NCBI GenBank assembly: GCA_046563655.1 | Contig: CM102286.1 | Span: 13,578,001-13,642,000 of the forward strand | Source of the DNA: Yuukianura sp. NJ FZ-2021 | Taxonomy: Eukaryota | DNA length: 64,000 nucleotides | Reading direction: 5' to 3' | Shown here: one piece after another, positions 36,720 to 51,400 of the stretch | How the letters are laid out: each line of letters opens with the position of its first letter | How positions within the stretch are numbered: the first letter of the stretch is position 1 | Notes under the pieces: model-generated | What the model was told of the DNA's origin: nothing | The model's database searches: none | What the model saw: the letters and a program-made list of their open reading frames with translations, nothing else | Made by a program: the position numbers and the translations under genes

Positions 36720-39154
36720 CTTATAAGGTTTTATTCAAAATGTTTTGTTTCAAAAATATTGTATTTTTGAAATTAGATCTTTTTCAAAATTTTGAATTTC
36801 TTGTAGGAAAGTGTTTAAGAAGACCCCCTCATGAAGGGGTTGGATTGGAAGCTGAAATGCTTTGCTTTTTTTTAGTAGATGCTAGAAGACTTTCTCTCCT
36901 TTCTCCCTGTCTCATCTTCATTTTGCTATAGAGAAGGACGTGTCAAATTATTACTCAAACAATGTTCTTTTTCCCGCCTTTTCCTCCATCATCTTTTCCC
37001 AAAGGAAACGACATTGGCCTTATCCCTTTCCACTTACTCATTCTCCTCCAGTGCTCCACTTTCTACGTCCAACAGAAGGACTCTGCAACTGAACACTTTG
37101 ACTTGAATCAAAATTCTGCCATGAAACGGCTCAGATCCCATCTCAAAAAGACATTTTCAAAAAGTCCCTTCAACTAAACTGTTAGCACCGCCAGCAGGAT
37201 TCGAACCCGCGTCCTAAGAAAAAATAAATGCGTTCTCGTCCATAATAACTATCCTCTTTCATGTCACACTTGGCTCTAATAAAAACGGGAGAAAAAACGA
37301 TAGAGAATTTTTAAAAAAAGAGAATTTTTTTCAAAATCTGAAAAAAATACGGCTTGCTACTTGCTTTAGTGAGCAGCAGTATGGTCGCGTAATCCTCAGA
37401 TAGGCTGTGACAAAACAGCTTTTGCATTTTTTGACATTTTTCAGTTTTTGAGAAAAATGTGACTCAATGACTCTCTTGACAATTTTGATATTTTTATATA
37501 AATTTTATTATGACTTTCTCCAAGTGAAAAGTGACTGTTGTTGGGCTCGTAGCCAAAGTTAGGTTAGTTAGGTTATGGTTAGGTTTTGATAAGGAAAATA
37601 CCACGATTTGAAAAACACACACACAACATTTTTCAGGATTAGAATTGCAACTATTTCGTAATGGTGGAGGAGTGCTATGGTCCATAAATCAAAATAAATG
37701 AAAACCTTTGTGAAATTTTAGGAAAAGTGAAAGCGTTTTGTTCCAGCTTTCTCCTTGGAGGCGGTGAACTGCGTATAAGATTTTTGAAAGTGCGATTGTT
37801 TTCTTTAGTTTTCGTTCAAAATTGTTCAAAAAACAAGATCGTCGATTATTTTCAATTTGAGTGCTCGTGTTTGTTGTGTTGGGTTTTCCTGTCAACTAAA
37901 ACTCAAAGAAGAAAAACATTTTCGGTTTACTTTCAAAAAGTGGACATGACGGAATATTGTTTTGAAAATAATTTTTTTTGATTGGTAAAGCGCCATCGAC
38001 CGGCCGATGTCGATCAAAAGTTTTTCGTTACTTTTTTTGGTTTAGAAGAAAAGACCTAAACTACTTAAGACAGACTGTTCAAATATTTGAACAAAGGCGC
38101 GTTTTGTTTTCCATTGCTAAAATAAAAAAAACTGTGGCACGCTGATTGTATAGTACATCAGCGGACAACTCATGCATTATTCCTATCGTTTACAAAACAA
38201 ACTCGTCACGCGTGGAGACGCGTAATTACGGTTATGCCAAAAACAAAATAGGAGTTGTCACAATTTCTAATACAACTGAAGGTTAAAAAACTGACGTTCT
38301 TTTTACGTGCAACAGTTTGACAATTCAAAATTTTCAGAAAGAAAATATTTTGATTCTGCTTGTTTTATGAAAAAAAGAGTTTTCCCGAGTTGTCTACAAA
38401 CAAAGTTTGGAAAGGAATTTTGTTGTTATAGACTTTGAGTTTTAATTTTAATGAATTTTCGCGCCAGAAACTTTTCAATAAGTTTTTAACAGAAGTTGAA
38501 GTAACAAGTACACTTCAAAAATTTTGTATCGGTACACTTACATGATTTTGTTCAAGTGCGTGCTGTATTTCTACTTCAACAATTTATAAAAACAACAAAC
38601 TTTTTTTCAGTTTTGAATTTGCCACAAAATAAAAATCCTACACTACGAAAAATTTTTTTCCAGCCAACATAATTCTCTTCCGTTTGTATTGGATCATTTT
38701 CCTTTTAGCATAAATATGCAATGTAAGAATGACATAAGAAGATGAGAACGAGGAGCTAAACAGGTTTTTCTTTTTCTAAAAAACACTAACATGTGTACTT
38801 TCTCTTGTTTTAAAAAACGTCCGTTTTCCACGCTCTTTTTTCTAAAACTTTCCCAAGGAATGCATATTTCATTCTCTCTCTCTCCGTATTGCTTTTTGGG
38901 AGAGAACATTTTACCCGGGTAAAATTCTCAAAATTCCTATAGCATCCTTCTTAAATTTTCTTCTCTCTCGAAAGCAACAACCTCTTGAGTAAAATAAATG
39001 TCGACTTCCCTCTCGTTTATCCTTTTCTCCGAAAACCTCGCAGATTTTCACCAAAAAGGCACAAAATCCACTTTCTCCAGGTCTTTTCTTCCGAAGCCAA
39101 GTAAATGCGGAAATAAGCTCCAGAATCGTATTCGCATCAGCAGCGTTCCCGATA

Positions 39155-39251
39155 CCGTAAATTTCCAAATAGTGTACACGTAGTAATCCATTTTGAGGTT
39201 TTGTCTATGGTGTATTAGTAGAAAGATGGTGTACTATTTGGAAATTTACGG
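39155..39251. mobile_element. Tc1/mariner (pogo/Tc2-like) MITE, 97 bp
   Basis: TIRs CCGTAAATTTCCAAATAGT / ACTATTTGGAAATTTACGG (19 bp perfect), flanked by TA on both sides. Confidence 0.8.
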
Positions 39252-39799
39252 TATCTGCCCGATGCACACTCTGTGACTCTTAGCCTTTTCTACTCTTTCG
39301 CCTTTTTACGGTTTTCCCGCTTTTTTCTCGAGTTTGTTTCAGAACGATTTCACCTTTGCGTGTGTGCCTTGAGGAACATAAGAGTAACCCAGAATTGTAA
39401 AAGTTGGTTTTCGTAAGAGTAATTTATTAAATCCGGTTATACACTCAGCAATTATGTGAAAAACAAACTGAAAGTTCGGGAGACCTTGTTAAGTTAGTGA
39501 CGCGTGAGTTTTAATTTTCTAGTCAATGGCTCTGTTTTGTGAAATGGAAAACAGTTGTTTTAGTGAAAGGTAGAAATTTAGGTCACAGGTCACTCACATT
39601 TAATAGATTTTTTATTTGAGGGATGTCAGAAAATTAGACTTGGAGGATGAGAAATGACAAGAAATTTTTCACAATGTTGACAATAGTTTGACAATATTTG
39701 GAGAAAATGAGACAGGGATAACATTAAGGGCGGACTATTTTGTTCCAATGTTAACATAACATTTGTAGAGCAGATAGTTGTTTTTTGTATTTCTTAAAG

Positions 39800-39840
39800 A
39801 GGTCATTGACCTGAATAACCAATTTAGAGGTCATTGACAC
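39800..39840. promoter_or_regulatory. Paired IR1 elements (one perfect AGGTCATTGACCT, one near-perfect) in Sidestep-like intron 1
   Basis: 39800-39812 aggtcattgacct; 39828-39840 aggtcattgacac. Confidence 0.55.
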
Positions 39841-39881
39841 CAAAAGTTTTAAACGCGACTGCCTTCAAACAAGTAATGTAA

Positions 39882-39965
39882 AAAATTCGTCGAATCGGAT
39901 CCAGTTTTTTGTAGATTTTAAAAAAAAATCGTAGAATCGAATCCAGTTTCTCGTAGATTTAAAAA
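39882..39965. repeat. Imperfect tandem duplication, ~42-bp unit x2
   Basis: tcgtcgaatcggatccagttttttgtagattt and tcgtagaatcgaatccagtttctcgtagattt. Confidence 0.75.
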
Positions 39966-42900
39966 CAGAGAAGAATTTCCTATGTCGTTTTCCTTCAAAA
40001 TTTCCTTCAAGCGTCAATTCAAATGAAAATTGAATTAGAAAAAGCGCGAAAATTTGAATTGAAACGTTTTTGCGATCGTATAGAAGTAAACCATGCTGCG
40101 AATTTAAAACTGGCGGGCGGAAACCCGAAAGGCAAAATTTGAATTGAAGCTTTATTTTTTTGAATAGAAATGTTGCGAGACTCTAATTTGAAACTGCCGG
40201 GGGAAGAGCTCTTGTATTTTAAAAGAGCCGCTTTGTAAGCCGGTGCAGTAAAAGTAGAAAGTTGAGCGTTTAGTTTATTCATTACAGCAAAACCCATTTG
40301 AGTTTCAGTGGCACTTTGAAGTAGTAGCTGTTGGTGGACGTTTCGCAGGGAAAGTGTAAGTTGAACGTGGAAAGCATATGTGACTAAATTAACTAATTTG
40401 AGTCTTAAGCCTCCTCTTCAAATGGATTCAAGGAGCCACTTTCCCGCGCTTTCTCTACTCGTCTCTTGGAAATTGTTTCCTCAACTTCAAATCCAGAATG
40501 CTTCGCACGGACCCTAATGGAAAGGGAGAAGTGGGCGCTTGAAGAGCTGTTTTTTGAAATTAAGAACGCCATTTTCACATCTCCATTCCACTGGTTTCTC
40601 TCTTTTTCGTTAAATATATTCTGTTGGAGAAACTTCCTCTTCCTGCACACTTTCTTTTCCTGTCGAACGGAATCTTCAGAAGAATTTTGTTCAGGTTGAA
40701 GCTCCTCGTTGAGGTCAAAGTTCGTTTCACTTATGTTAAAATTCTTCCTTGAAACTCCCGCGTTCAATTCCTGTTTGAATCTCGCGCCTTCTCAAACCTA
40801 ATGTATTATTTGTCTTCCCCAGAGATATGAAGAGTAACTAAGATTCTGAACTTTAAATTAATTATAACTTTCACTTCCTTTGCACCTTTGAGCACCAAAA
40901 CTCAAAAGCTTTCGAAAAAAATTTCACTCAACTTTCCCCAAACTTCGATATCGACCATTTTTAAAAATTTTGAAAACGTGGATATTACATGTCAATGAAT
41001 TTTTGAAACAAAATTTGTCCAAATTCGGCTTTATTTAATACATTTAAGTCGTCATTTCTAAATTCAGGTCACAAAAAAGTAAAAATAGAAAGTAAAACAG
41101 AGAATTGATGAGTTTTTTGAATTGGGCGGAAGTGGAAAAAAGTTATTTGAGTGAAAGAATGGAAGTGGAACAAAAGTGGACCACTTTTGCACATAAAGAA
41201 GCAGTGGACAAAGCCACTGACTGCTCTCTTTTTGTTAAAGAAGCGAGGGAAGCGGAAATTGCTAAGCCGGAGGCTTGATCTTAGGCGGGCATTTTGTCTA
41301 CTCCTTTCATAATAGACGTTTGAGCTCATAATTCAAAAATCTCCGCGTGCGGGTAGAGGATGAGCCTAATAAAGGAGCTCCTTTTATGATGAATGGGGCT
41401 TTTCAAGGGATAATGAAGACGGCGGGAAGTGAAAGCCCAGGAGAAAGTTGCCGTGTCAACAGAGACCGTAAAGCAACAAGGTTTCTCATCGATACACTAA
41501 TCCAAACCATAACTTTTAATCTCAAAAACTAACCAAACTTCACTTTTTTTGGAAAAATTTGAAATTGAAAATGTGAAATCACAAAGAATTTTTAAAATTT
41601 TAACTTCCCTTAATATGTAAGTCAGGAACAACACGAGGTCAATGACACTTTTTTTTTTCATTTCTAAAATCAGATGTTACATATTTTCCTCTGCAGCGGC
41701 TTTCTCCATAACGCAAACGCCTCGAGGCCTCTTTTCGCTTAACACGATTAGGCTCTCTAAGGTTACATTTTTTAGTTTTCTTTGCCGGAAATTCACACTG
41801 GGCCACTTCATCCACTCAGCTTCGCACTTTCTCCATTGTTCTTTCTTTTTTCAATTCCCGGAGCAGAAACTAGGCAACAATTCCTTTTCTTTTTTATGTT
41901 TTAGTCTCAACTTCCTAATGATGAAGATGCGTGTGTAGGTTTTTCTTAGTGGCCCAGATTTCCAAGACAGGAGCCATTTAGACCTCCCCAAGGCTTTCTC
42001 TGCCTCTTTCCTCGAAAAAGCTAGGCTAGAAAGCACGGAGAGCCCATTTACATTCGAGCGTTGTATCTGTACTAAGGAATGGAGCAGACAGTGGGGAATA
42101 GCTTCTGGAACGACGAACGTGGTGGAGGCGGAGGGCGGAAGGTGGCAGGTTGTTATGTTTTGTTAGGTTGGAGTACGGCTGATGTGCTATGTTGTTACCA
42201 GACTGTGTGTGGAATTGTTTAAACTCTGGTATTCCATCATGCATGGTTTGGTTACTCTTACATTCTGAACATAAAGTTAGGGTTAGGTTAGAGTATGAAT
42301 AATGAAAAAGACATTGGTTGATAAAGTGTATCATTTATATTCCTAAGTTCCTTGCGGTGAGCGATTACTTTCTTCTTTCTGTTGTTGTTCTGAACCCGGA
42401 AAAGATTCCTTGAATATTGAATTTTCTTGGTGAAAGAAAAATAGAAAACCGAGTAAATTTTTACTCAGAAAAAAGTTTGACAGAAACAGGAATCGAAGAC
42501 TCAGCACTCAGTGCATACAGTAGCCTTTTGTCCACAAAACCAAATTGGTTTTGAAAAAAATGTCGCGCAAATTTTAGTTCAAGCTTTTTTTTTAGTATAA
42601 CCACAAACACTTTCACTAACACAACAAAAAACATGCAATTTGAAGAATTCATTTTTGGCATCTCATTCACTATTTTTTTTATTATGTTACACGTACTAGT
42701 ACATGTAGAGCATCAAATCACAAGATTTTGCTCAATTTTGACCAAAATAGCCTCGTGTGCAAAATTTGATTTTCATACAAAGTTTGATTTGAGGAAAACA
42801 ATAATTATTTTTTGGCTGTGCGTGTCCGACCTTCTGGAACTTTGCAAAATAAGTTTGACTTTTGACTTCTACCATCAGCAACACGCTTTCTGCCTGTGAA

Positions 42901-45900
42901 GTGTTGACTTTCTGCGCGGGAAAGCAGAAAATGCTTTCTGCGCAGTGTGAAAATATGGATTGAAAAATAAGCCAAAAATCACTTTCCCTGAGTATTTTTT
43001 TTTCAAAGAGAGCAACAGAAATTGACGTGAACAGGGGAAAAATGGAGATTGAATTGAAGTTAATGGTTCTTTTGTGAACGTTTATTTCCCGCGATTGCTT
43101 TCTCCACTTTTTCCGCGAGTTCTGAGTATTAGACTGCCCTGTTTTGGTATAAAGTGAAAGTCAATTGGAATGCAGAGGGGGAAAAGGTTAATATTTTATT
43201 TGGTTAAAATGAAATCTGAGGAAACATGGACAAATGTCAATAGTTTTCAAGTGACAAGCTTAGTACTAACATCAACAGAGTTACGAAAAGTTTAAATTCG
43301 AATTGAAGTGAAAGTTGTGTTGAAACTTTTAACGCAAGGGTGATTGGAAGTTAAAAGTTAAAATGAAATTGATGGTTTAAATCAAACTTTGACTTTTTCC
43401 TGGCCGCTTTCCTTTAACTCTGCGATACTAAAAGATTTACAAGAAGTTTGGAATAGAAATTTAACAGGAGAGGCCAAGTTTTAAATGGAAAAAGAATCTT
43501 TCCAAGTTCCTTTTGTTTGCACACTGCGTGTCATGAATGAGTGATCTTCCACGAAGTATAAAATCATGTTCACTTTCAATAACGTTACGCAAATACGTAA
43601 AACGTTACATGGAAACGTATTGTACACGTAAATAACGCATGGAAACGTTAAACCACACGGGATTGTAAAGCGATAAACGTAAGTTTACGTTAACTTTTTA
43701 TGGAACTTAACACACAAACTTAATATTATCCAACTTTCACCACATTTTCGTCAAAACTCGCATGTAACCGGTATAAATTGTCCAAAAAAATTTGCAGAAA
43801 AGAATACCTTAGTAGAGAATAATTTTTTACCGTTTTTTTTATTACTTTAGGTTTGAGATTAGATTATGTTCTTGGTTAAGCTGTTTATCCAAATGTGTTT
43901 ACCTCTTTCCTGTTTACTTATTTGTGTTTACCACTTAACCTACTTCCATTGAATTCCTGTAAAGATGTAAGGAATAATGGGAAGGGAACATCATAAATTG
44001 GTTGCTGTTTTTGAGTAAGCGGAATACGCAGATGAAGAGAAGGAGGGCGTACGACGTCGTTCTTTCTTCTTTCTCTTGCACTTTCACTACGGAGCTTCCA
44101 GAATGTTGGAAAGGGAACTAATGGCTCAGCTCCAATAAATTGATTATATCGCACTCATAAATTATATGAAGAAGGCTTGTGAGCTGTGAGTCAGTGGAGC
44201 ACTACTGGTGAGCTGGGACTTTGTGAGGCTTTTATGTCTATTGCCTATTTAAAGGCCTCCGAACCTGTGCCTTGGGTTCACACAAGTCAGATTCAATGGA
44301 ACACCTACAAAGAAAGTCAAAAGTTTCGGTCACAACTTTCACTTTTTCCATTTCTGGGTCAAAACACAAAATTCTTGTTTACAAAAATCCTCGCATCCTG
44401 AAAAAATCTTGGATTGAAAAAAAATAAATTTCTGGGACTTGAAAATTGATTTGGTAAAAAGTTTACATAGGAATTTTTTTCTAGAATTTTAGTTTTTTGG
44501 TGGAAATTTGTGTTGTCAAAATTTTGGCAATATGGAGAAAGTTTTGTTTTATACTTGTCGATGACTCGCTCTGTACTTTTTTTGGGCCCACCTTTAACAT
44601 TCCCTAATGCACTCGTGCTCCTTGAACACATCTGCTCCTTCCATAACCTTAACTAGACCTAATCCGTGTACCTTTGAAAACAGCCTGAAGAAAAACCAAA
44701 CTAAAATATATGCCCTGTCAACTTTAAGGACGTCGTTCCTTTTTTCAAAATTTCAAAAAACCAAGAAATATAAAAAAAAAAAGTTTAGCCCAAATTTTCC
44801 AAAGTTACAGTTTCGTTCAATCTAATGCCCAAATCAAATGGGGATCACTAGGCCACTTTCTCCTTGGACAGATTTCAAATTTCTGAAAAAATCCATTTGC
44901 CTGCTCGTAAAGTTCAAAATGCAACTTCAAAGTCTTAGAACATGCCTCCGAAATGGTCAATTTGCCCAACTCTGAAACGGTGGTGAAAGGAGCCCATTTT
45001 GGTTGGAAATTGTGAACCGGAATAGATTTGGCAGCCGTGGTCACTCTGGGTCATTACTCCTCTTGTCTCGTGTTAGGTTTATAACCTAACTGTTCTGTGT
45101 ATAACCCAAGCCAGCAGTAGTGTTGGGCGTAATGGAACGCCTAGACGCCCGCCCATTTTCAAAATTTGGAAATACTACAAAATAGAATGTCTTTTGGTGG
45201 TTGGGGAGTCTCTAGAGACGGAAAGAGTAGAACGTAAGATGGAAATGTTCTCTCTCCATTTCTTTGGCTTTCAAAAAAGTACAAAGGACTTTCTCCCTCT
45301 AAATGGATGGAAAAGGAAATGGAGAATTATTTCTTTTGGTCCTGAGATGCTGGAAGCTAGAAGATGCTGGATGCTGGATGCTGGAAGAGAGACAGTGATG
45401 TTGGCTCCTGTGTAATGTTAGGCAGCGGAAGAATCAGAGGGAAATCAGATTGATCTCCAGCAGTGAGAACATTCAACATGAAACTACGACCACACGCTGG
45501 AAGAAGGAAGAAGACCTTAAATCCCTGCACAATTTAATATTCCACTGAAGGAGCAAAACCGCCAAAAAGCGACAATATTTGGCTTTTTAGACCTCGCACT
45601 ACTCACCCTTTATGGAAATTTAGTCTCTTTTGCGGTATCATTTTCAAAGTAAGCACAACTCTACTAGAAAAGTAGTTTTTTTTGCTTTTTGCCCAGCACT
45701 GTCACTCACCAAAGAAGACTTTTCACTTTTTGATCATATCTTTAACACAGAATTGGAAATTCGGTTTTTGCCCAGTTTTGTTAAGCCAAAGGTTGGAAAT
45801 TTTTGATCATCGTGCCCAACTCTGCCTGCAATCAAAAAAACTTTCACTTTGGAGTTATGCTCCGCCATGTAGAAACAACTTTTACAATTTTTTTTTCAAA

Positions 45901-48491
45901 TCTTGAAATTTTTATGAGTGAAAAGCAGCAACTAGCAGGGTCGATGAAAGTTGCAGAATGTTAGTGTAGGAATTTTTGCGTTTTCTTTTTCCTTTCCTTT
46001 TTTTTTATTTTCGGACCGGATTGGTTTTGAACTTGCGTCTTTTTTTTAGTTGGTTTGCACGACAAATTTATTTGTAATGAGCACTTTTCCATCGAGACTT
46101 TTCTTGAATGAATCAGAGTGGAAACTATTGCAATTTACTTTCCTGTTTTCACCAACCCTACCATATAGTTACTCCCTCCAATTCTTTTTCACTTTGTTTC
46201 CAAAACCAAATGGAAGGAAACCCATTTCTCCTTAGTACAGAGTGTGGTGGTGGTTCGTCTGTTCCATTTGTTTAGTAAAAGTGGAAATGAGTCTCGAAAG
46301 TGGATAGGAAAGGACACACTTCCGGACAAGGAGTCACAGAACATAAATTTAGATTTAAGATTCTGTCCTTTCTGGGATTTAGACTCATTTTTAGTCTTCC
46401 CTCCCCCAACAACACTTTGGCTAGAACCAGGGTTCCACTAAAAGTGAGAGATATCAGACACAAGGTTTCTAAGAGCCAAAGAGGATGAGGCCATTCGCAC
46501 TCGGAACATTAAACCCCGCAGACGGCAGATCGTCAATTTCTGTCAAAAGTAAACTTTTTAAAAGTCCCACCAAAAAAGGTTTTTAGAGGTGTGCACCGCA
46601 AAAGGTGAAACCGCCGTTTGCATTTGGAATTGTGCTAAATGGCATGAAATAATGACTGTGGAAAGTGGGTGTAAATGAATCATTTTCCCTTTTGCTACCA
46701 TCCGCTTCAGTCACTTTCACTCCCTTCCAATTGACTTTTATTTCTTCCTTAGTCGAATGTAGCAGTTTTCATTTTTTTTAAACAGCGGGCTTCTGTTGAA
46801 ATAGCACCCGCCAGTATTGTATAATCCGAATTCTCTGAAAAAGAAATTCTCCAAACTGAGAATTTCAAGTGCTTGGTAATAAAAAATTTTATGAGCCTTT
46901 TCTCCAACTCTGCTACCCGGATTTCGGACAAAATTGGGGCAGACGGTATAATACTCCGTTTTTTTTTCAAAAAAAATATAAAGCACTTCTTGTCTCATAT
47001 TTTAACCAAAAAAGAACACCGTCGAAATAATGTTTAATTCAAAGTATCTTTTTACCAGGGATAACAAAGTAGCGAAAGCAAATTCTGAAAAAAAAACTAG
47101 TTATATCCTTGGTGCTTCAAAAATTTAATAAATTCAATACAAAATCACAATTCTAAGAAAGAATACATTTGGCCTGAAGTTTGAAATTTATTTCAGCAAT
47201 TGTCAAGAACAAAACTCAAAATTCTCAAGGTTGTAAAATATTCTGCGGACAGAGCTACAAAGTAACCATTTTCACAAAGTCGTACGTTTCGGGCTATAAG
47301 TCCAAGTTTAATTTTAAACAAAACTAATCTGATAAAAATTGACATTAAGTTTAAAAACTTAAACTCGTTAAATTGTTGGTATAGAAATTCTGCGGACAGA
47401 GCGACAAAGAGACACTTTTTGTAATGTGGTTGATGTTTTCGCAACTTAAAAACCTCCAGCGTTGGTGAAAATGCAAAAAGTTGTTTGGTGGTCGTTGGTG
47501 TTGATGTTATTTGGTTCGGTGACTGTTTTTGTTTTATTATGATTGTAAATTATGATTCTCCTTCCTCTTTCGAATTATTCCTTCGATGCACCACGTTAAC
47601 AAAGTTGGAAAGTTTTGGGTTTCTCATTTTGATTTATTCTCTCTTTTTTGGTGTTTTGGGAAATAAGAAAAACAAAATTTCCGCTGAAACATGTACATAT
47701 TTATGAATGTTTGGCTGGTTCTGTGCTGGTCCTGCCAATATTTATGTTCCAACAGCGTCGTTCCATCATAAATTCCGTTTAGTGTTTCTTCCTATACTAT
47801 GGCATGAGTGTGAATAGTAAAAGTTAACGACTACCGCAGTTATTTTCCTCCTTTCACCAAAACTCATCACGATTTTACTAGGTTTGGGCCTCAAAGTAGC
47901 AATGCCACTTCCAGGTAGGACTTTAGAATGTTCCAAAATTATATTGAACTCTCAGCGGATGTGTAAAATCAAATCACAAAGTGGTTCTGTTAACGAAAAT
48001 TGACGGAACGGCTGGAAAGTGCTTAAAACGCTAAGGACTTAATTGGCTTAATAACATTTCCTCTTACTTTCACTTTCAACCTAAAAGCTTAGTACTTTCG
48101 TCATTAGTTTAAGCAAAATTTAAAAGTTAGGCAAGTAAAAAAAATAGGCTGGTTTAGCCCAAAATAAAACGAATGTAGAACTTTGAATTGAAACAAAAAT
48201 CGGATTTGTGGAAAAATTTTTTAAAAAATGACTTTTGTTTACTCCGAGAGCGTTGACCTCTGGTGACCTTTTCATTTCGATTTCGATTTGGAGTTTCTTT
48301 GAGTTTTTTCTTCTGTTTTTCAAATTTGGTGCCGAAATCAAATGTTTCAGGGTTAACTGGGTAATGATAGAAGTTTTGCGGTTGGTTCATTTGGTAGTTG
48401 TGGACCAGCGAACTTGTTCCATTAGCCTTCCAGCTCAAGGAACTGAGTAAATGGCTCAAATCTAATCCAAAAACTTTTTCTTTTGAAACAG

Positions 48492-51400
48492 CCGTTCCAG
48501 AAATGGGCGTTGAGGCCGTAGTTGGTGGACGAGCAGAACTTGGCTGTGATGTGACCCCTTCCAGACGTGACGATTCGGTCCACATGGTTCTTTGGTTTCG
48601 TGATGATTTCCCAAAACCAGTCTATAGGTAAGTAGAATCTCCAAAAACTCTGCTTTATTGATTAGCAGCCACAAATGGTCTGCAGAAATTTGGTCATTCG
48701 CAAAAAAATTGAACCAGAAATGGACTTTTTATGGCAGAAGAAAAATCTGAAGTTGGCCATAGGGCATTTCTCTACTGCAAGAAAAAACAGAAAGTTTTGG
48801 CGCGAAGATTGTTCCATATTAGAAAATGGAGCAAGACTTTTCCGTTTTGAAAAAATCGGAATCGTCTCGTAGAGATTTTTATGGTCAGAATTATAGTGGA
48901 AATAGTGCCATTTCCTTCAATATTACTTTCGTTTTCCGCTCCTTCAAAAGATAAATGTTTCATTCATGGAGAAAACCAAATAGGATCAAAGTCAGTTTAT
49001 GGACGGAAAAGAAGAGAAAGTTAACCTAGTTTTTTCTTTTGATGTTTGTTAACCCTAACCTAATTAGGTTAAACCTAATCTGATCCTAACTTGTTTATAG
49101 TTTGGATGTTCGTGGAAAACCGTTCAACTCGGCACGCCATTGGTCCTCTTCACTACTATTCGGAACGAGAGCACATTTTCGAACTGTGACGGAACCGGCA
49201 GTTCTTGTGATTGAAAATATCAAAGTGACAGACGAAGGGGTTTACCGATGTCGAGTCGACTTCCGCAACTCTCCAACAAGAAACTTCCGCTTCAATCTGA
49301 CTGTCTTAGGTAACGAAATGCACTTTTGAAATACCTTAACATGCTCACTTAGCCTAACAAACCTAATTTGAACCATAACCTAACGTATGACAACCTAACA
49401 ACTTCAAAAAGCCATGAAAAGCAAAGCAAAGTTTGACAGAACTTGATGTGCCAAGGTTGAAAGGAGTTTTTAAAATTCTGTTTTTACTTTCACTCAACTT
49501 TCACCTTTTGACATCAAATTTAAAACTTTTGAATTTTGGACATTTTTTCTCTACTTTTTTTTAGGAATATGATGAAGAATTGGGTAAAAATTTTGTTCTA
49601 AATTTTGTTTTAAATTTTTTGAAATTTTATACAGTACCGCCCACGTCTGTGTCGATCTATGACCCAACCGGGAGAGCTTTGACAGGCGTCGTGGGCCCAC
49701 TCTCCGAAGACTCTGATTTATCTCTCACTTGCAAAGTCACAGGAGGTAACAACTTAATTCCTTTTCACTATAAAAACCTAAAAAGTCAATGTCACTTTTA
49801 TACTTTCAACTTTCTCCCAAAATTTATGGCTACGCATGTCTCTTTTCAAAAAACTTTACCCCCACAAAATTTTTTTTCAAAAGGAAAAGTTTCCAAAATG
49901 TATTTTATATCTTTCTAATCCAACAACATCAAAACAAAAGTTTGAAATTCTGTAAATCCGGAAATTCAAAAAGTCAACAACAAAAGAGCAGATTTTGAAA
50001 ATCCCGCTTAAAATGGAACCCAGTTTTCAAAATCCGTCACACAAAAGGGAATCTAATTTTCAAAATACTATGCAAAATGGAATATAATTTTCAAAATTTC
50101 AGTGCGTGTTGTCATGTTAGTAATTAATTCAAAAGTTAACTCAGACTGACAGACAAGCCTAGTAGTGATGACAGTAGGTTGTGGCATGCAACCCAGAAAC
50201 GTGAGTTGTCTAATTAAGCACACGCAAGTCTAAAACCTTTTACCTAACAACAAAAATTCAAAAATTTTCTGTTTGTGACCCGAGGTCACGAAAGGTCATT
50301 GGCCCTACAACTTTCTTTTCAAAATTTTGTTTTCACTAAAATCCAATTTTAACTCCTTTTGACCTTTGACCTCCAGGTTATCATTTCGCCATTTGCTGAG
50401 ACAATCCAAACAAACAAAATTAAAAGCCAGTTTTTGTTGGCTTTTCCAAAAGCCCAATTCAAGTGACAATTTTGAAAAGAAACAAAGTTTGTTTGGAAAA
50501 TCCTCATAATCGCATCTCCTACTTTCTCTTTTAAACCTTTCCCCCGCTTTCTCTGTTCTGTTCAATGAGCAAAAGCAAAAAGGAGGATTAATTTTCATTT
50601 ACAAAACTAACCAAAAACCTTCTAGGACGAAGAGCAGCACTCTCCTATCTTAAACTTTTCTTTGAAGTTGAACTAATAGGAAAATCTAAGGATTCTAGTA
50701 AGAGAGCTTAGTTGTAGGATTCTGTGGGCGAGAACTCGGAAGGATAAGCTTCTGAAAAGACTTCTGTCGTGGTCTGTGCTTTCTCTTTTCAAAATAACTT
50801 CATCCTAAAACTTAACTAGAAATTGTTTCCCAGTGGCATTGCCTTTGCTTCTTCTTCGTTTTTGCAAAGTTTTTGGCGGAAAGGAGAAAGTCTTTCCGTT
50901 TTTATGTAAATTAAGACGTAAAGAAAGCAGGAGGAGTGAAAGCTTTCAAGTCATAACGCTTAATAAGCTTAGAGAATTTGGGCTGATTGTTGATGTTTTG
51001 AGAGGCGGAGCTTTAGGTTTTTGTCCAACTGGTTCTTATTTGTATTTTAGTAGTTCGTATAGTTACTCCCTCCAGGGGAGAGAATGGGAGAAGATTAAAG
51101 TCAAAGGAAAAGGCTGGTGGCGGGGAAAGAGAAAGTCAAAAGTAAGCTTTCTCCTGGAGAAAGTCCATTTAACTTTCCATTCAAATATGTAAATTAAACC
51201 TTCTTCCGGGATTGTCTACTTGCTTTCGTTAGGTTTAGGGGAGGTGGATAGTCTTTCTAATCCGCTTTTGCTGGAAAACAATGGAGAAAGGCCACCATAA
51301 CCATAGTTTAGGCTATGTTTTTTGGTTAGGTTATGTCACGATTAGGTTATGCTAGAGGCTATAACCTAACGTCGTGATTAGGAATGGAAAATAGTATTAC

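Noticed and set aside
37186..37214. Functional tRNA gene
   Set aside because: Only a T-arm/B-box is present; no D-arm, anticodon arm or matching acceptor stem.
40405..40767. 120-aa minus-strand ORF nested in the Sidestep-like intron
   Set aside because: TTG start, no recognisable domain and no clear splice partners; cannot be supported.
46690..46950. Second CCGT-ended TIR element
   Set aside because: One plausible end (cagacggta near 46948) but no convincing matching left terminus.
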